This document shows positions 11,239 through 21,445 of a stretch of 64,000 nt of DNA, piece by piece. The notes beneath the pieces are model-generated. The model saw only the letters and a list, made by a program, of their open reading frames with translations, did not search any database and was not told the DNA's origin. Each line of letters begins with the position of its first letter. Within the stretch, counting starts at the first letter, position 1. This stretch comes from an uncultured Nitrososphaerota archaeon (lineage in GTDB: Archaea > Asgardarchaeota > Njordarchaeia > Njordarchaeales > Njordarchaeaceae): the NCBI GenBank assembly GCA_964518475.1, contig CAZFGR010000001.1, positions 1 to 64,000 on the forward strand, in the 5' to 3' direction. Position numbers and translations under genes: made by a program.

Positions 11239-12320
11239 CTCAGAAGCTTCTGCCGCATTCGAGCATATAATGCATAGTCAACGTATTTCTTCTTTTCTAT
11301 CATTTCCCAAACTTTTGGTGCTTTTTCTCTCTTTTCCTCTATAGCATCATTAACTACGATGCTAAAAGCATCGCTTCCGCTACCAGAGCCATAAGAAACC
11401 ACGAGAATTCGACTTCCAGGTTTTGCCACATCAAGAGTGGCTGCTAAGCCCATTAAAGCTGATGCCGCGTATGTATTGCCAATTTTATGTACAACAATCC
11501 CTTGAACAACCTTTTCCATAGGGAACCCTAGCTGTTTAGCAACCGTGATTGGGAACTTATAGTTTGGTTGGTGAAAAACTGCGTAATCGAAATCATCAGG
11601 AGAATAACCCAGCTCCTCCATTAATCCCTTAGCTGCATTAATAATGTGCTTGAAATATGCCGGTGCTCCAGTGAAACGATAGAAATGTCTTGGGTATTTC
11701 TCTTCACTACGTCTCCAGAAATCTGGCGTATCAGAAACGTATGAGTAAGAGGCCTCTATTAAAGCCACAGATGATTCTTCTTTATAGGGACCCAAGATAT
11801 AAGCAGCAGCTCCACACGCTGCGGTATACTCTAGTTCATCAGCTGGTCGTCCTTGGGCTGTATCAGCACCTATCGCTAATCCATATTCAATCATCCCGCT
11901 TCCTACCAAACCAATCACAGTCTCTAGCGCTTCCGTTCCGGCTTTACAGGCGAATTCATAGGTAGCGGAGAGTATATGTTCAGATACCCCAAGAGCTCTG
12001 GCCACGGTGGCACCAATGGTTTTTACGGCATATGGGTTCGATTCTGTACCAACAAGCACTGTTCTTAATAGTTTAGGATCGATCCCCGCCCTCCTTAGAG
12101 CGTTTCTAGCAGCCTCAATAGCCATTGTAACTGTATCCTCATCTAGGTTAATTACCGATTTCTCCTCTATAGGTGTTGGAAACACACCGTTACCGTCTAT
12201 TACTCCTCCCTTCCATACTCTAGCTATCTCAACATTCTTTATCCTATACCGTGGGATATAAGCTCCCCATCCCTCAATACCAACTTTTCTACTCGGTTTC
12301 ATTACTTTACCAGTCATCAA
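11235..12320 (-). CDS. Hydroxymethylglutaryl-CoA synthase (archaeal type)
   Basis: [24 protein letters not shown] (catalytic Cys), [20 protein letters not shown]. Confidence 0.92.
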   Translation of the reverse strand: MMTGKVMKPSRKVGIEGWGAYIPRYRIKNVEIARVWKGGVIDGNGVFPTPIEEKSVINLDEDTVTMAIEAARNALRRAGIDPKLLRTVLVGTESNPYAVKTIGATVARALGVSEHILSATYEFACKAGTEALETVIGLVGSGMIEYGLAIGADTAQGRPADELEYTAACGAAAYILGPYKEESSVALIEASYSYVSDTPDFWRRSEEKYPRHFYRFTGAPAYFKHIINAAKGLMEELGYSPDDFDYAVFHQPNYKFPITVAKQLGFPMEKVVQGIVVHKIGNTYAASALMGLAATLDVAKPGSRILVVSYGSGSGSDAFSIVVNDAIEEKREKAPKVWEMIEKKKYVDYALYARMRQKLLR

Positions 12321-12441
12321 TAAGCCTCTTTAAAAGAACGCTTTACCAAAACTTCCAAAAGATTCGTGTGAAAGATCCGAGTAATCTCCCGATCCACTAA
12401 CTACCCGAAAACAGAATAAATTGAGAAATTTTAAAATTTAT

Positions 12442-13308
12442 TTATAAACCTGCAACAGGAATAACTCCTACTAAGAAGCCAACTAAACCAACAAATGCTC
12501 CTATTTTTGCATAGAAACTGGCTTTAGGGGCTCCTTCTTCGCCTTTAAGAGCGTATACTAGCGATAAAAATGCAGCTATGTCTCCGACAATCATGAAAGG
12601 AATAAACGTCCACGAAATCACTTTTATAAAGGGTAAGATCGTGAACGATATTATGGCTACTAGTAGGAAAAGAGCTGCTACTTTCGATGCAAACGGTATA
12701 CCTCTCGTTCTGGCCAATGTTTTCACATTCCTTAATGCATCCCCTTTCACATCTTCTATACCCTTTATGATTTCTCTCGCCACTAAAAGAGTAGTAGAAA
12801 CTATGAAGAACAGAAGAACTGTAATTATCTTCGCTAAATCCACTATCATTCCAGTTATTACCCACCCATAAATATAACCAATAGAGAAGGAGCAGCCAAC
12901 AGTTATGTTGCCTATGAAGCCGAGGAGTTTGAGTTTTGCAGAGTATAAAATGCCTATACCAGCAAATATTATCGCTATTAGGAGGGGCAATGGGTTCCCT
13001 ATGATATGTGATGACTTTGCGGCGGCTATTAAGCCGGTAATGACAAGGAGAATGTAGATAATTTTCGCTTCTTTTATAGATATTGCGCCGCTGGGCAAGG
13101 GTCTGTGAGGTTTGTTTATTTTATCTACTTCTATATCATAGATATCATTGATAACATTTCCAGCCGCCGCGAGTGCTATATACGCCACTACACCCCATCC
13201 AAGTACTACCAGATCCTTTGTAAAGAGAAGTCCACTGATAATTACTGTTAGTGCACCAAACACCGCATTATGTATTCTTAGGAGCGTTGGAATGGTAGAA
13301 AGTTTCAT
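12442..13308 (-). CDS. Digeranylgeranylglyceryl phosphate synthase (UbiA family)
   Basis: NDIYDIEVDKINKPHRPLPSG and REIIKGIEDVKGD; multiple TM helices. Confidence 0.9.
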   Translation of the reverse strand: MKLSTIPTLLRIHNAVFGALTVIISGLLFTKDLVVLGWGVVAYIALAAAGNVINDIYDIEVDKINKPHRPLPSGAISIKEAKIIYILLVITGLIAAAKSSHIIGNPLPLLIAIIFAGIGILYSAKLKLLGFIGNITVGCSFSIGYIYGWVITGMIVDLAKIITVLLFFIVSTTLLVAREIIKGIEDVKGDALRNVKTLARTRGIPFASKVAALFLLVAIISFTILPFIKVISWTFIPFMIVGDIAAFLSLVYALKGEEGAPKASFYAKIGAFVGLVGFLVGVIPVAGL

Positions 13309-13315
13309 TAAGAGC

Positions 13316-14107
13316 TCACCCTTTCTGCTTCGCTAGCTTCATAGCCTCTATAGTGCGTCGTATAATACCCTCTATTTTATCAAATTCACCTTTAACTAAG
13401 TACTCCTCATAACGTGTACCTTGGACAACTACCTTAGCACCAGCCGCTATCATGGTTGCTGCTTGCTCACTAGTTTTGATGCCACCACCAACTATAACTG
13501 GAATATCAACAAATCTCGCCACAGCCCCAACAACCTTGGGGGGTATCGGTTCGGGAGCCCCAGAGCCAGCTTCTAGATAAACCATGTCGAAACCAAATAA
13601 TTCCGCAGCTGTTGCAAAAGCAATAGCTATCTCTGGCTTATTTCTCGGTATAGGCTGTGCTTCGCAAACATATGCCGCTGTTCCTCCCGGTTCGAATAGC
13701 AAATATGCCAATGAGATAGTTTCTAATCCCCACTTCTTTATCGTTGGTGCAGCAATAGCTTGGGCTCTAATTATGTAATACGCATTTGTTGAATTGAATG
13801 GGGAGAGGAAAAATATTGCGTCAGCCTTCCTCGACACTCCGGCTATATTTCCAGGGAACAGAATAACAGGTTTCTCCGAAACCGATTTTATAGCGTCGAT
13901 AACTCCGTCCAGAAAATCTCTATCAAAAGCTGTTGAACCCCCTACCATGAAACCTGAAGTCCCACCCTTATCCAATGCTTCGACTAATTTAGGCAGTTTC
14001 TCGAGATCTACTTTGAAAGGATCTGGGTCTATAAGAGATAGATGCGCAAAACCCTCTTCTTCAAATAGATCACATAGGTATTTCTTAACTCTATCTGCAC
14101 ATTTCAC
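13316..14107 (-). CDS. Geranylgeranylglyceryl phosphate synthase
   Basis: LIDPD, MVGGST, ILFPG, YLEAGSGA, VGGGI motifs. Confidence 0.92.
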   Translation of the reverse strand: MKCADRVKKYLCDLFEEEGFAHLSLIDPDPFKVDLEKLPKLVEALDKGGTSGFMVGGSTAFDRDFLDGVIDAIKSVSEKPVILFPGNIAGVSRKADAIFFLSPFNSTNAYYIIRAQAIAAPTIKKWGLETISLAYLLFEPGGTAAYVCEAQPIPRNKPEIAIAFATAAELFGFDMVYLEAGSGAPEPIPPKVVGAVARFVDIPVIVGGGIKTSEQAATMIAAGAKVVVQGTRYEEYLVKGEFDKIEGIIRRTIEAMKLAKQKG

Positions 14108-14193
14108 GTTAAAAACCTCGCAACATCGTTCCGAATGTATTTTAAATATATCATAATATAATCCTTATCGTTACCATTATCGGGTGAGAAATA

Positions 14194-15261
14194 GTGATTA
14201 AAACTAATAATGCATTAAATCTTCAGCTACCTGTACAGCTAGAAGAAAGTTCCGAAGTTACAATAACTCCTACAGAAAATTTCATTAAAAAAATCGCCAG
14301 TAAAGAACGGGAACTCGTTCTCCAAGCAATAATATCTCAGGAGGCTTGGATAACAGAAAAAGCCTTAAGAATCTTTAGGAAAAAACTCTTCAGAAAAGTA
14401 GCTACGCTAGAAAAGACCATTAATATTGAGTTGGGCAAGGAGTTAAAAATCCCTCTCCCTCATGTAGAGAATTTACCCCTAATAAAGCTTGAAAGCAGAG
14501 AAAAGTTTAGAGGAAGAAAGTTTTTGGCAGAAATAATTAATAAGCTTGAATTAAAAATAATTGATCCAGAGACACAAGAAATCTTATGGCGGGACGTATT
14601 ACTTGTCAATCCACTAATGTCCCCCGAAGGCATCGATAAAATGGTTGAGCGTCTCCAACAATTTTCGCGTATTATGGGAATTGACAAGATCTGGATTGAG
14701 AAAAACAATGTAATGATCACACCCGCTGCATTTACCGATACAATTATAGAAATCCCGAAAATAATCAGCGTACAAGAAACCTCCTTCATAGATACTGTGT
14801 TTAGCAACACAACTAGGTTATTGTTGGGATATCTTAGAATAAGCATGACCAGCCAAAACTCTTTGTTTAATCAGTACCTTACAACCCTCTTATTCACCAA
14901 ACAGGGTTTCTATAGGTTTCTGTATTTATTAATAGTTTCAGAGAATGGAAGAACTATTGTTTATGAAACCACCATTGATGAAAGAATTCCTAGGAAAATT
15001 CCAATAGTGCCAGTAGTAAAAACTGTGGATAACCAGAGAATCCTAATGCTAACTGTTCCCATAACAATTTCTCGATATTTTCTAGCCAGCATATCTTTCG
15101 ACATTAGTAAGGACAAGATAGCGTTAGCTTTTCCTCAGCCCTTTTCTTATGTTGATGAAAAGGTACGCATCATCGGCACTTACGCCATAGAGTTAGCAAT
15201 GAAAGGAATGAAGCACCAGAAACTCACGATCCCCATTTTTATATACTTATCCCCAACATGA
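14194..15261 (+). CDS. Hypothetical protein
   Basis: 355-aa ORF filling the intergenic space; no motif recognised. Confidence 0.6.
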   Translation: MIKTNNALNLQLPVQLEESSEVTITPTENFIKKIASKERELVLQAIISQEAWITEKALRIFRKKLFRKVATLEKTINIELGKELKIPLPHVENLPLIKLESREKFRGRKFLAEIINKLELKIIDPETQEILWRDVLLVNPLMSPEGIDKMVERLQQFSRIMGIDKIWIEKNNVMITPAAFTDTIIEIPKIISVQETSFIDTVFSNTTRLLLGYLRISMTSQNSLFNQYLTTLLFTKQGFYRFLYLLIVSENGRTIVYETTIDERIPRKIPIVPVVKTVDNQRILMLTVPITISRYFLASISFDISKDKIALAFPQPFSYVDEKVRIIGTYAIELAMKGMKHQKLTIPIFIYLSPT

Positions 15262-15329
15262 CCACGATAAGTTTTTTAAACCCATAAGCCAGAAACATAT
15301 TCTACTATTATAGATAACCCATGTAAGAT

Positions 15330-15404
15330 GGACGGGTAGCTCAGTGGTAGAGCGCCGGCATGGCAAGCCGGAGGCCGCGGGTTCGAATCCCGCCCCGTCC
15401 ACCA
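15330..15404 (+). tRNA. tRNA-Ala(GGC), CCA encoded
   Basis: GGACGGG/CCCGTCC acceptor, GCTC/GAGC D-stem, CCGGC-ATGGCAA-GCCGG anticodon arm, GCGGG-TTCGAAT-CCCGC T arm, ACCA. Confidence 0.93.
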
Positions 15405-15409
15405 CTTCT

Positions 15410-16948
15410 CTAAGCATGTATCCTAATTGACCAAGGATACTTCCTTTGCATCCTCTCAAGAAGTTTCAATACCTTCTTTTCTTCATGACCTCCGTAATGA
15501 AGAATTATGACAAAACATCTTCTTCCTCGCTTAATTCGTTGGTACATTGTCTTCACTGTGCTTATAATATCATGAACTATGATTATTCCGACATCTGATA
15601 AATCAATGTCTCGTTCTCCTACTGGGGTCATTATGAGAATAGCTGGCTCGTTAATGTTTTTGAAGGAGGATAGAACCTCTCCCTTGTTAAAGGTTCTCCC
15701 CGTTATTAAAAAAACGTTTCCAAATCCTTCCTTAGTTATAGTCTCCCTAATTCTTTCCGCTACACGTATATAAGATGTCAGAATAACCACTTTCTCTCCT
15801 CGCGAAATCCAGTCCTTCATAATCTCTACAATCTTATTTATTTTACTGGATTCTTCAGGGATCAAATTTTCTAGCTTTTCACCAGTTATACGCTCTATTA
15901 TTCTCCTAATTCCCCTCCTATATAGGAATTTTCGATAATGAGAAGGAATACTTGCTTCGACAAATTTTCTAACTAGTGCGAGTCTCAGCATCTTTATCCT
16001 CAGTAAATCGTTTTCGGGTAGGATGGTTATTGCTTTCTCAACATTCTCAATATTTTTTTCTCGGAACGTATCTGGGTATCGTCCAATTATTTTCTCAGCC
16101 GTCTTATCGATCTCTTGAGTAAGAGCATCTAGTATCCTCTCAACCTTCTCATCAGAGACTTTTACCCGTTTTATCACCGTTAGGTTCCTTACTACATACA
16201 AGCCAGCATCTGTTCTTCTTATTAAATCATCCATTGTGATTATATCTAATTCCTTATTTTTTGGAAAGAAGTTCTCGATAATAGTATCTATCTCTGGTTT
16301 CAAAACTACTCCTTCTTTAGTTCTTATAAGATGTTGATCCCTAAGTGTACCACTCATCCCCACTATGCAAGCATCTTTAGGAAATAACTTACAAAGTTCG
16401 TTCCAAGGATAAGTTAATCTGAGTTTCCTTAATGCCTTTACTCTATCTGGCGAAAACGTTTTAGCACTCTCTAAAATAACTTCCTCACTTTCCTCTGCTT
16501 CCTCAGACACCCTTCTAACGACTTTATCTATCTCATTAATTATTATTAATTCGAAATTATTTATTAGGTGTGGATGTTTTCGAAGAACGTTGGCTAAAGA
16601 GATTGGGGTGGCTATAACTACTCTTTTCTTTTCTAAGATCTTTCTCCTCATAAAACTTGGTACTCCTGCTGTTATCCAACCAAGTTCATCCTTGTTTAGT
16701 CCTTCTGCCTTATAGAGTTCCAAGAAAGTGTTTACTGTATCCCTTAAAGATGCTTGTGAAGGTGTAATTATCAGTATTCTCTCGTTTCTCAGATGCTTGC
16801 TAAGGAGATACGATATTATTCTCTTTCCTAATCCAGCGTCTAGTTCCACAAGTAAATTACGATTATTTTTGAGAGCATAAGATATTGCTGCAACTATCCT
16901 TGCTTGATATAGCCTCTTTTCTATCGTCTTTGTCGGCGGAACAACCAT
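15410..16948 (-). CDS. SF2 (Hef/FANCM-like) helicase-domain protein with degenerate motifs
   Basis: RLYQ Q-motif, LDAGLGKR, VVIATP, IIINEID, GMSGT, YQRIKRGRR. Confidence 0.7.
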   Translation of the reverse strand: MVVPPTKTIEKRLYQARIVAAISYALKNNRNLLVELDAGLGKRIISYLLSKHLRNERILIITPSQASLRDTVNTFLELYKAEGLNKDELGWITAGVPSFMRRKILEKKRVVIATPISLANVLRKHPHLINNFELIIINEIDKVVRRVSEEAEESEEVILESAKTFSPDRVKALRKLRLTYPWNELCKLFPKDACIVGMSGTLRDQHLIRTKEGVVLKPEIDTIIENFFPKNKELDIITMDDLIRRTDAGLYVVRNLTVIKRVKVSDEKVERILDALTQEIDKTAEKIIGRYPDTFREKNIENVEKAITILPENDLLRIKMLRLALVRKFVEASIPSHYRKFLYRRGIRRIIERITGEKLENLIPEESSKINKIVEIMKDWISRGEKVVILTSYIRVAERIRETITKEGFGNVFLITGRTFNKGEVLSSFKNINEPAILIMTPVGERDIDLSDVGIIIVHDIISTVKTMYQRIKRGRRCFVIILHYGGHEEKKVLKLLERMQRKYPWSIRIHA

Positions 16949-16949
16949 C

Positions 16950-18785
16950 TCACATGCCCCATGTAATGTACTTAGTCTTCCTTTTTATTTTAAGGAATTC
17001 CTTGAATACTTCCTTAGCATCTGGGGGGAGATAATTTATCAATTTTCGATTAATTAATCGTGCCTCGTGCTCTGGAATATCTACGTAAAGAATCATTCCC
17101 TCCTTAATGTTTCTGTCAACCACTCCCTTATCGATAGAAATAGCCACTTCCATTCCTGCTGTTGCTTCGGAAATACTCTCACCCTCGCTTTGTATTTGGA
17201 GAATTGTACCTACTTCCTTTCCGTCTTCTCTAATTAAGCCATATCTTGGCTTAATCTTTCCACCAAGAACTCGAACGCCAACTATGGCTGGTTTACTTCT
17301 CCTAAATACGTATCCAGGGAGAATCATTATTTTTCCTGGATATGTTATTGACTCAAGCATCTCTCTCCTTATTTTTTCCTCATACTCATAGAGGTATTGA
17401 TTAAACTTCTCGAAAATCTTGTAAATCACATTATCTGAAATTACTGGGATCTCTTCCTTCTCGATAATTTCTTTTGCCTCTGGTAAGATGTTTACGTTAA
17501 AGGTTACTATTACGGCGTATTTAGGATCCTTCGTTTTAACAACAGTAGCGTGTACGGCATCTTCCTTATCTACATCCCCCACATCAGCTATCGCTACCGG
17601 CACATTTAGTTCTCTGAATTTACGCAATAATGCTTCAAGAGAACCAAGAGTATCCGCTTTGAGTATAATGCCTGTTTTATCTGTCCTGAAGATTAAGGCG
17701 CCTATATCTTCTAGAACAGCCTTCTTGTACCGCTCTATGATGGCTTGTGTTTCATCCTCAGGTAAATTACTCGGTACAGCATATAGTGGCGATCCCGCTA
17801 AAGCATCTTCTAACTCCGGTGCAATAATTCGAACTCCTGCAGCCGCTACAACTTCTTCAACACTATCAAATCTATCCCGAGGATCCCGTATCTCATCTAG
17901 AGGTTTAGGCAACAGTAAACCCCTGACTCTCGTTATAATAACCCCTCGTTTACCTCCAAGAATAATCCAATCCCCCTTTCTCAGGACTCCATCATATAGT
18001 ATGACGTCTAGAACAGTCCCCGCTCCTGGCATTCTTCTAACTTCTAATATGCTACCTTTGGCCTCACCAAGAGATAATTTTAAACGATCTTGCATAAATC
18101 TCTGGGTAACTCCTACCAAAACTAAGAAAAGATCTGCAATACCCTCCCCTGTCTTGGCACTAGTAGGTACTATCGCAACAGTTTTTCTAAAGTCTTTAAC
18201 CCTATCGTACCTATCAGCTTCAAAATTTAATTCATATAGGGATAGAATTATTCTATCAAGAGCTTCCTCAAGTACTCTTCGTGCAACAGGATCTTGTTTA
18301 TTTAGGGAGATTAGAAAAGGTGTGTCGGGGTAAGATTTCCAGCCAGGAAGTCTATCAATCTTATTAGCTGCTACTATAAACGGTGTTTTCGTAGCTTTTA
18401 ACAACTCAATACTCTCATAAGTCTGAGGTTGAAAACCTGATCGAATATCCACTACTAATATTGCAATATCTGCTACAGAGGATCCTCTTCGCCTAAGATT
18501 GGTGAAAGCTTCGTGACCCGGGGTATCTATAAAGAGCAACCCAGGAATCATAAACTTGGACTTGTCTACTGGAACTAAACCTAGCTTTGATAAGGGTTTA
18601 ATTATTTCAAAAATAGTATCCATTGGAATGAATGAGGCACCAATATGTTGAGTCATCCCTCCCGCTTCATGAAGCTGAACCGCAGTTCCTCGTACCTTAT
18701 CTAATAATGTTGTTTTTCCATGATCCACGTGTCCCAGTACCACTACTATAGGAGATCGTACCTTCTTCTCCGCCATCTTCAACAC
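16950..18785 (-). CDS. infB: Translation initiation factor aIF5B (IF-2)
   Basis: RSPIVVVLGHVDHGKTTLLD, TQHIGA, DTPGHEAF, NKID, KADTLGSLEAL. Confidence 0.97.
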   Translation of the reverse strand: MLKMAEKKVRSPIVVVLGHVDHGKTTLLDKVRGTAVQLHEAGGMTQHIGASFIPMDTIFEIIKPLSKLGLVPVDKSKFMIPGLLFIDTPGHEAFTNLRRRGSSVADIAILVVDIRSGFQPQTYESIELLKATKTPFIVAANKIDRLPGWKSYPDTPFLISLNKQDPVARRVLEEALDRIILSLYELNFEADRYDRVKDFRKTVAIVPTSAKTGEGIADLFLVLVGVTQRFMQDRLKLSLGEAKGSILEVRRMPGAGTVLDVILYDGVLRKGDWIILGGKRGVIITRVRGLLLPKPLDEIRDPRDRFDSVEEVVAAAGVRIIAPELEDALAGSPLYAVPSNLPEDETQAIIERYKKAVLEDIGALIFRTDKTGIILKADTLGSLEALLRKFRELNVPVAIADVGDVDKEDAVHATVVKTKDPKYAVIVTFNVNILPEAKEIIEKEEIPVISDNVIYKIFEKFNQYLYEYEEKIRREMLESITYPGKIMILPGYVFRRSKPAIVGVRVLGGKIKPRYGLIREDGKEVGTILQIQSEGESISEATAGMEVAISIDKGVVDRNIKEGMILYVDIPEHEARLINRKLINYLPPDAKEVFKEFLKIKRKTKYITWGM

Positions 18786-18852
18786 CCTATAGATAAAAAG
18801 AACTCATAGCAATTGTCTTAAAAAGAAAAGCTTTTCTATTGGACTCAATAGA

Positions 18853-20202
18853 TCATCGGGAGATAATCTCTTCCTCAATTCTCGATCTAATATTCGCTAT
18901 CTTATCTAGAATAGTATCGATATTTCTTAGTGCTAAGAATTCACCATTATTATATAACCATTTGCCTTTAACCATTACCTTCTCTACTATCCTCAGGTCT
19001 GCCGCATAAATTATCATGGAATAGATATCGTGGAAAGGAACTGTTTGCAGGATTTTTCTTAAGTTAAGTACTACTAGATCTGCTTGTTTACCAACCTCTA
19101 TAGACCCTATAAGGTTTTCTAGCCCAAGAGCTCTCGCTCCATCAATAGTGAGCATTCTTAATACTTTTTCTGCTGGGACAACCTGAGGATTTCTTGATAC
19201 TCCTTTGTGCAATAATGCTGTTAATCGCGCCTCCCAAAGAATATCAAGTCTGTTATTACTGGCTGCTCCATCAGTACCTATAAGTATCTTTACTCCCTCT
19301 TCAAGCATTTTAGTTATAGGAGCTATACCACTCCCCAGTTTCAGATTTGATGTAGGATTGTGAATAACTGTTACACCTCTTCTAGACAAGATCTTTATAT
19401 CGTTATCTGTTACCCACACTGCGTGCGCCATGAGCACATTAGAGTCTAAGAAACTTATAGAATCTAGATATTCCACAGGTGTTTTACCAGTAGTTTTCTG
19501 AATATCGCGAACCTCCTTGTTTGTTTCCGCAACATGGGTATTAATCCATACATAATTTAACTCATCTTTTAATTTCCTCGCAAGATCTCTTACTGCCATA
19601 AATAATTCTCTTGAACAAGTGTATGGAGCATGAGGACCAAGAGCAAAGAATAATCGATCTCGACTCTCGGGATTCCTTGCCCAAATCGATTTAAGAAAGT
19701 CTAAAAATCTCAGAGACTTATCAATCTCTGTTTCGGGCGTTCTGTCTTCTGGAGAATCGAGAATCCCTCTGGATAATATGGCGCGTATACCGCTTTCTAA
19801 TACTGCTTTAGCTATTTCTTCTTCAAAAAAGTACATATCGATAAAAAAGGTAGTACCGCACTCGATCATCTCAGCGATTCCTTGTAGAGCTCCGTAATAA
19901 ACATCAATGGGTTTTAGCTTGTCCTCAGCTGGAAAAATGTATTTGAAGAGCCAAGTATTTAGATCCACATCGTCCTTGAGACCTCTCAGAATTACCATCG
20001 GTATATGAGTATGCCCATTTATGAAGCCAGGTAAAACGATATGGTGGGGAAGATCTATTACTTCGTCATAACTCTCCTCTGGTTTTTTTCTACCCACGTA
20101 CTCTATTTTTCCAGTTTCCTCGTTTATCCCAATATAGGCATTTTCCAGAATTTCATTTCTCTCATTAAATGTCACGATGAATCTTGCTTTAAGAAGAATC
20201 AT
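18853..20202 (-). CDS. MTA/SAH deaminase-like amidohydrolase
   Basis: PGFINGHTH, GPHAPYTC, HVAET, HNPTSNLKLGSG, GTDGAASNN. Confidence 0.85.
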   Translation of the reverse strand: MILLKARFIVTFNERNEILENAYIGINEETGKIEYVGRKKPEESYDEVIDLPHHIVLPGFINGHTHIPMVILRGLKDDVDLNTWLFKYIFPAEDKLKPIDVYYGALQGIAEMIECGTTFFIDMYFFEEEIAKAVLESGIRAILSRGILDSPEDRTPETEIDKSLRFLDFLKSIWARNPESRDRLFFALGPHAPYTCSRELFMAVRDLARKLKDELNYVWINTHVAETNKEVRDIQKTTGKTPVEYLDSISFLDSNVLMAHAVWVTDNDIKILSRRGVTVIHNPTSNLKLGSGIAPITKMLEEGVKILIGTDGAASNNRLDILWEARLTALLHKGVSRNPQVVPAEKVLRMLTIDGARALGLENLIGSIEVGKQADLVVLNLRKILQTVPFHDIYSMIIYAADLRIVEKVMVKGKWLYNNGEFLALRNIDTILDKIANIRSRIEEEIISR

Positions 20203-20300
20203 TGTCTACACCTCATTTTCTAAGGAATAAGTTTTAATAATATCACTCAGATTAAATCTTCAAAATGTTGATTATTTGTAATAAGTAGAGGCGACCAAAA

Positions 20301-20504
20301 ATGCCTAAAGAGATTCATAGGTTAGAAGAACTGGATGAGATAATCCCAAGAACATTAGAGGTTAGAGTAAAAAAGCACAAAGATTTCGTAAAGGTTAAGT
20401 TCCGTACAAAATCATATCTCTATACGATAAAATTAAGCGAGAGGGAAGCGGAAAGCTTACTAGAGAAAATAAAAGAGTTAGAAATTCCAATAAAGTACTT
20501 CTAA
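20301..20504 (+). CDS. rpl38e: 50S ribosomal protein eL38
   Basis: MPKEI...VKVKFRTKSYLYTIK pattern; 67 aa. Confidence 0.85.
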   Translation: MPKEIHRLEELDEIIPRTLEVRVKKHKDFVKVKFRTKSYLYTIKLSEREAESLLEKIKELEIPIKYF

Positions 20505-20540
20505 AATATACTATGCTTCTATTTTTTCATGGTTTAAGAC

Positions 20541-21308
20541 TTATTTTATCCAACCGTGTTCCCTTAGCCACTCTATACTTCTTTGCAAGTCTTCATCGTT
20601 TGCTGGTTCTAATGTTATGATTAGGTCATTTCCGCAATTATTCTCCAGTTCTGTTAATACTTTAGACATATCAATATATCCGGAGCCTAAAGCAGCATGA
20701 ACATCCTTACCTTTTAGACTTTCGTGCAGATGTACTTCTCTTATGTAGGGAGATAATACTGTTATCCATTCGGAAATTTCTATATTAGAGTACGCGTAGG
20801 CATGACCAATATCTAGGCACATAAATATTTTGTCACTTCTTAATCGTTCGAAAAAATCTTTGAACACCTTCGGGTCATCTTCATATGTATTCTCTATATG
20901 AATTGGTACTGCCAGTTTTAATATCTGCTCGAACGAATTAACAGCATTGTTTAACCAGATTCTCCTAAGTCGCTCAGAAGAATATACCAGTGGAATATAA
21001 TTGAGGTGGAAAAGAACCCACTCTGCCCCAAGGCTTTGAGAAATCATTATAGTCTCGACGTATCGATCAATAGTAATCTCTCTGATATCTGGATCCATGG
21101 ATCCTATTATGAGATCTCTAAACGGACCATGTACTGAGAGGCCATTCAAGCCTTTAACGCTTTCTTTTAGTTTCTCAATATCATCTTCACGTAGATCAAG
21201 TAGTACATTTGTGACGAGAGACATCTCTAGACCTATCCCTAATTTTTTAGAGATCTCAATAGCTTCCATAGGTGCTCGTCTGAACAAGTGAGCAAACAAT
21301 CTTCTCAA
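20541..21308 (-). CDS. Sugar phosphate isomerase/AP endonuclease 2 family TIM barrel
   Basis: SVHGPF.DL, IENT, CLDIGHA, VHLHE..D.H, TLE motifs. Confidence 0.8.
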   Translation of the reverse strand: MRRLFAHLFRRAPMEAIEISKKLGIGLEMSLVTNVLLDLREDDIEKLKESVKGLNGLSVHGPFRDLIIGSMDPDIREITIDRYVETIMISQSLGAEWVLFHLNYIPLVYSSERLRRIWLNNAVNSFEQILKLAVPIHIENTYEDDPKVFKDFFERLRSDKIFMCLDIGHAYAYSNIEISEWITVLSPYIREVHLHESLKGKDVHAALGSGYIDMSKVLTELENNCGNDLIITLEPANDEDLQRSIEWLREHGWIK

Positions 21309-21445
21309 GAGTTTTCACCACCCAATCCAACGGAGATATTTTTAATAATTAATTCCAATAATTAATTCGTGATAATTCTGATTGATCTAACCGCTCATCT
21401 TATCATAAATGATTAAACTCGTTTATAAATCGCTGAGGGTTTCGC

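Noticed and set aside
16950-18785. Inteins in aIF5B or Rpo2
   Set aside because: Lengths are normal and no intein or LAGLIDADG motifs were seen
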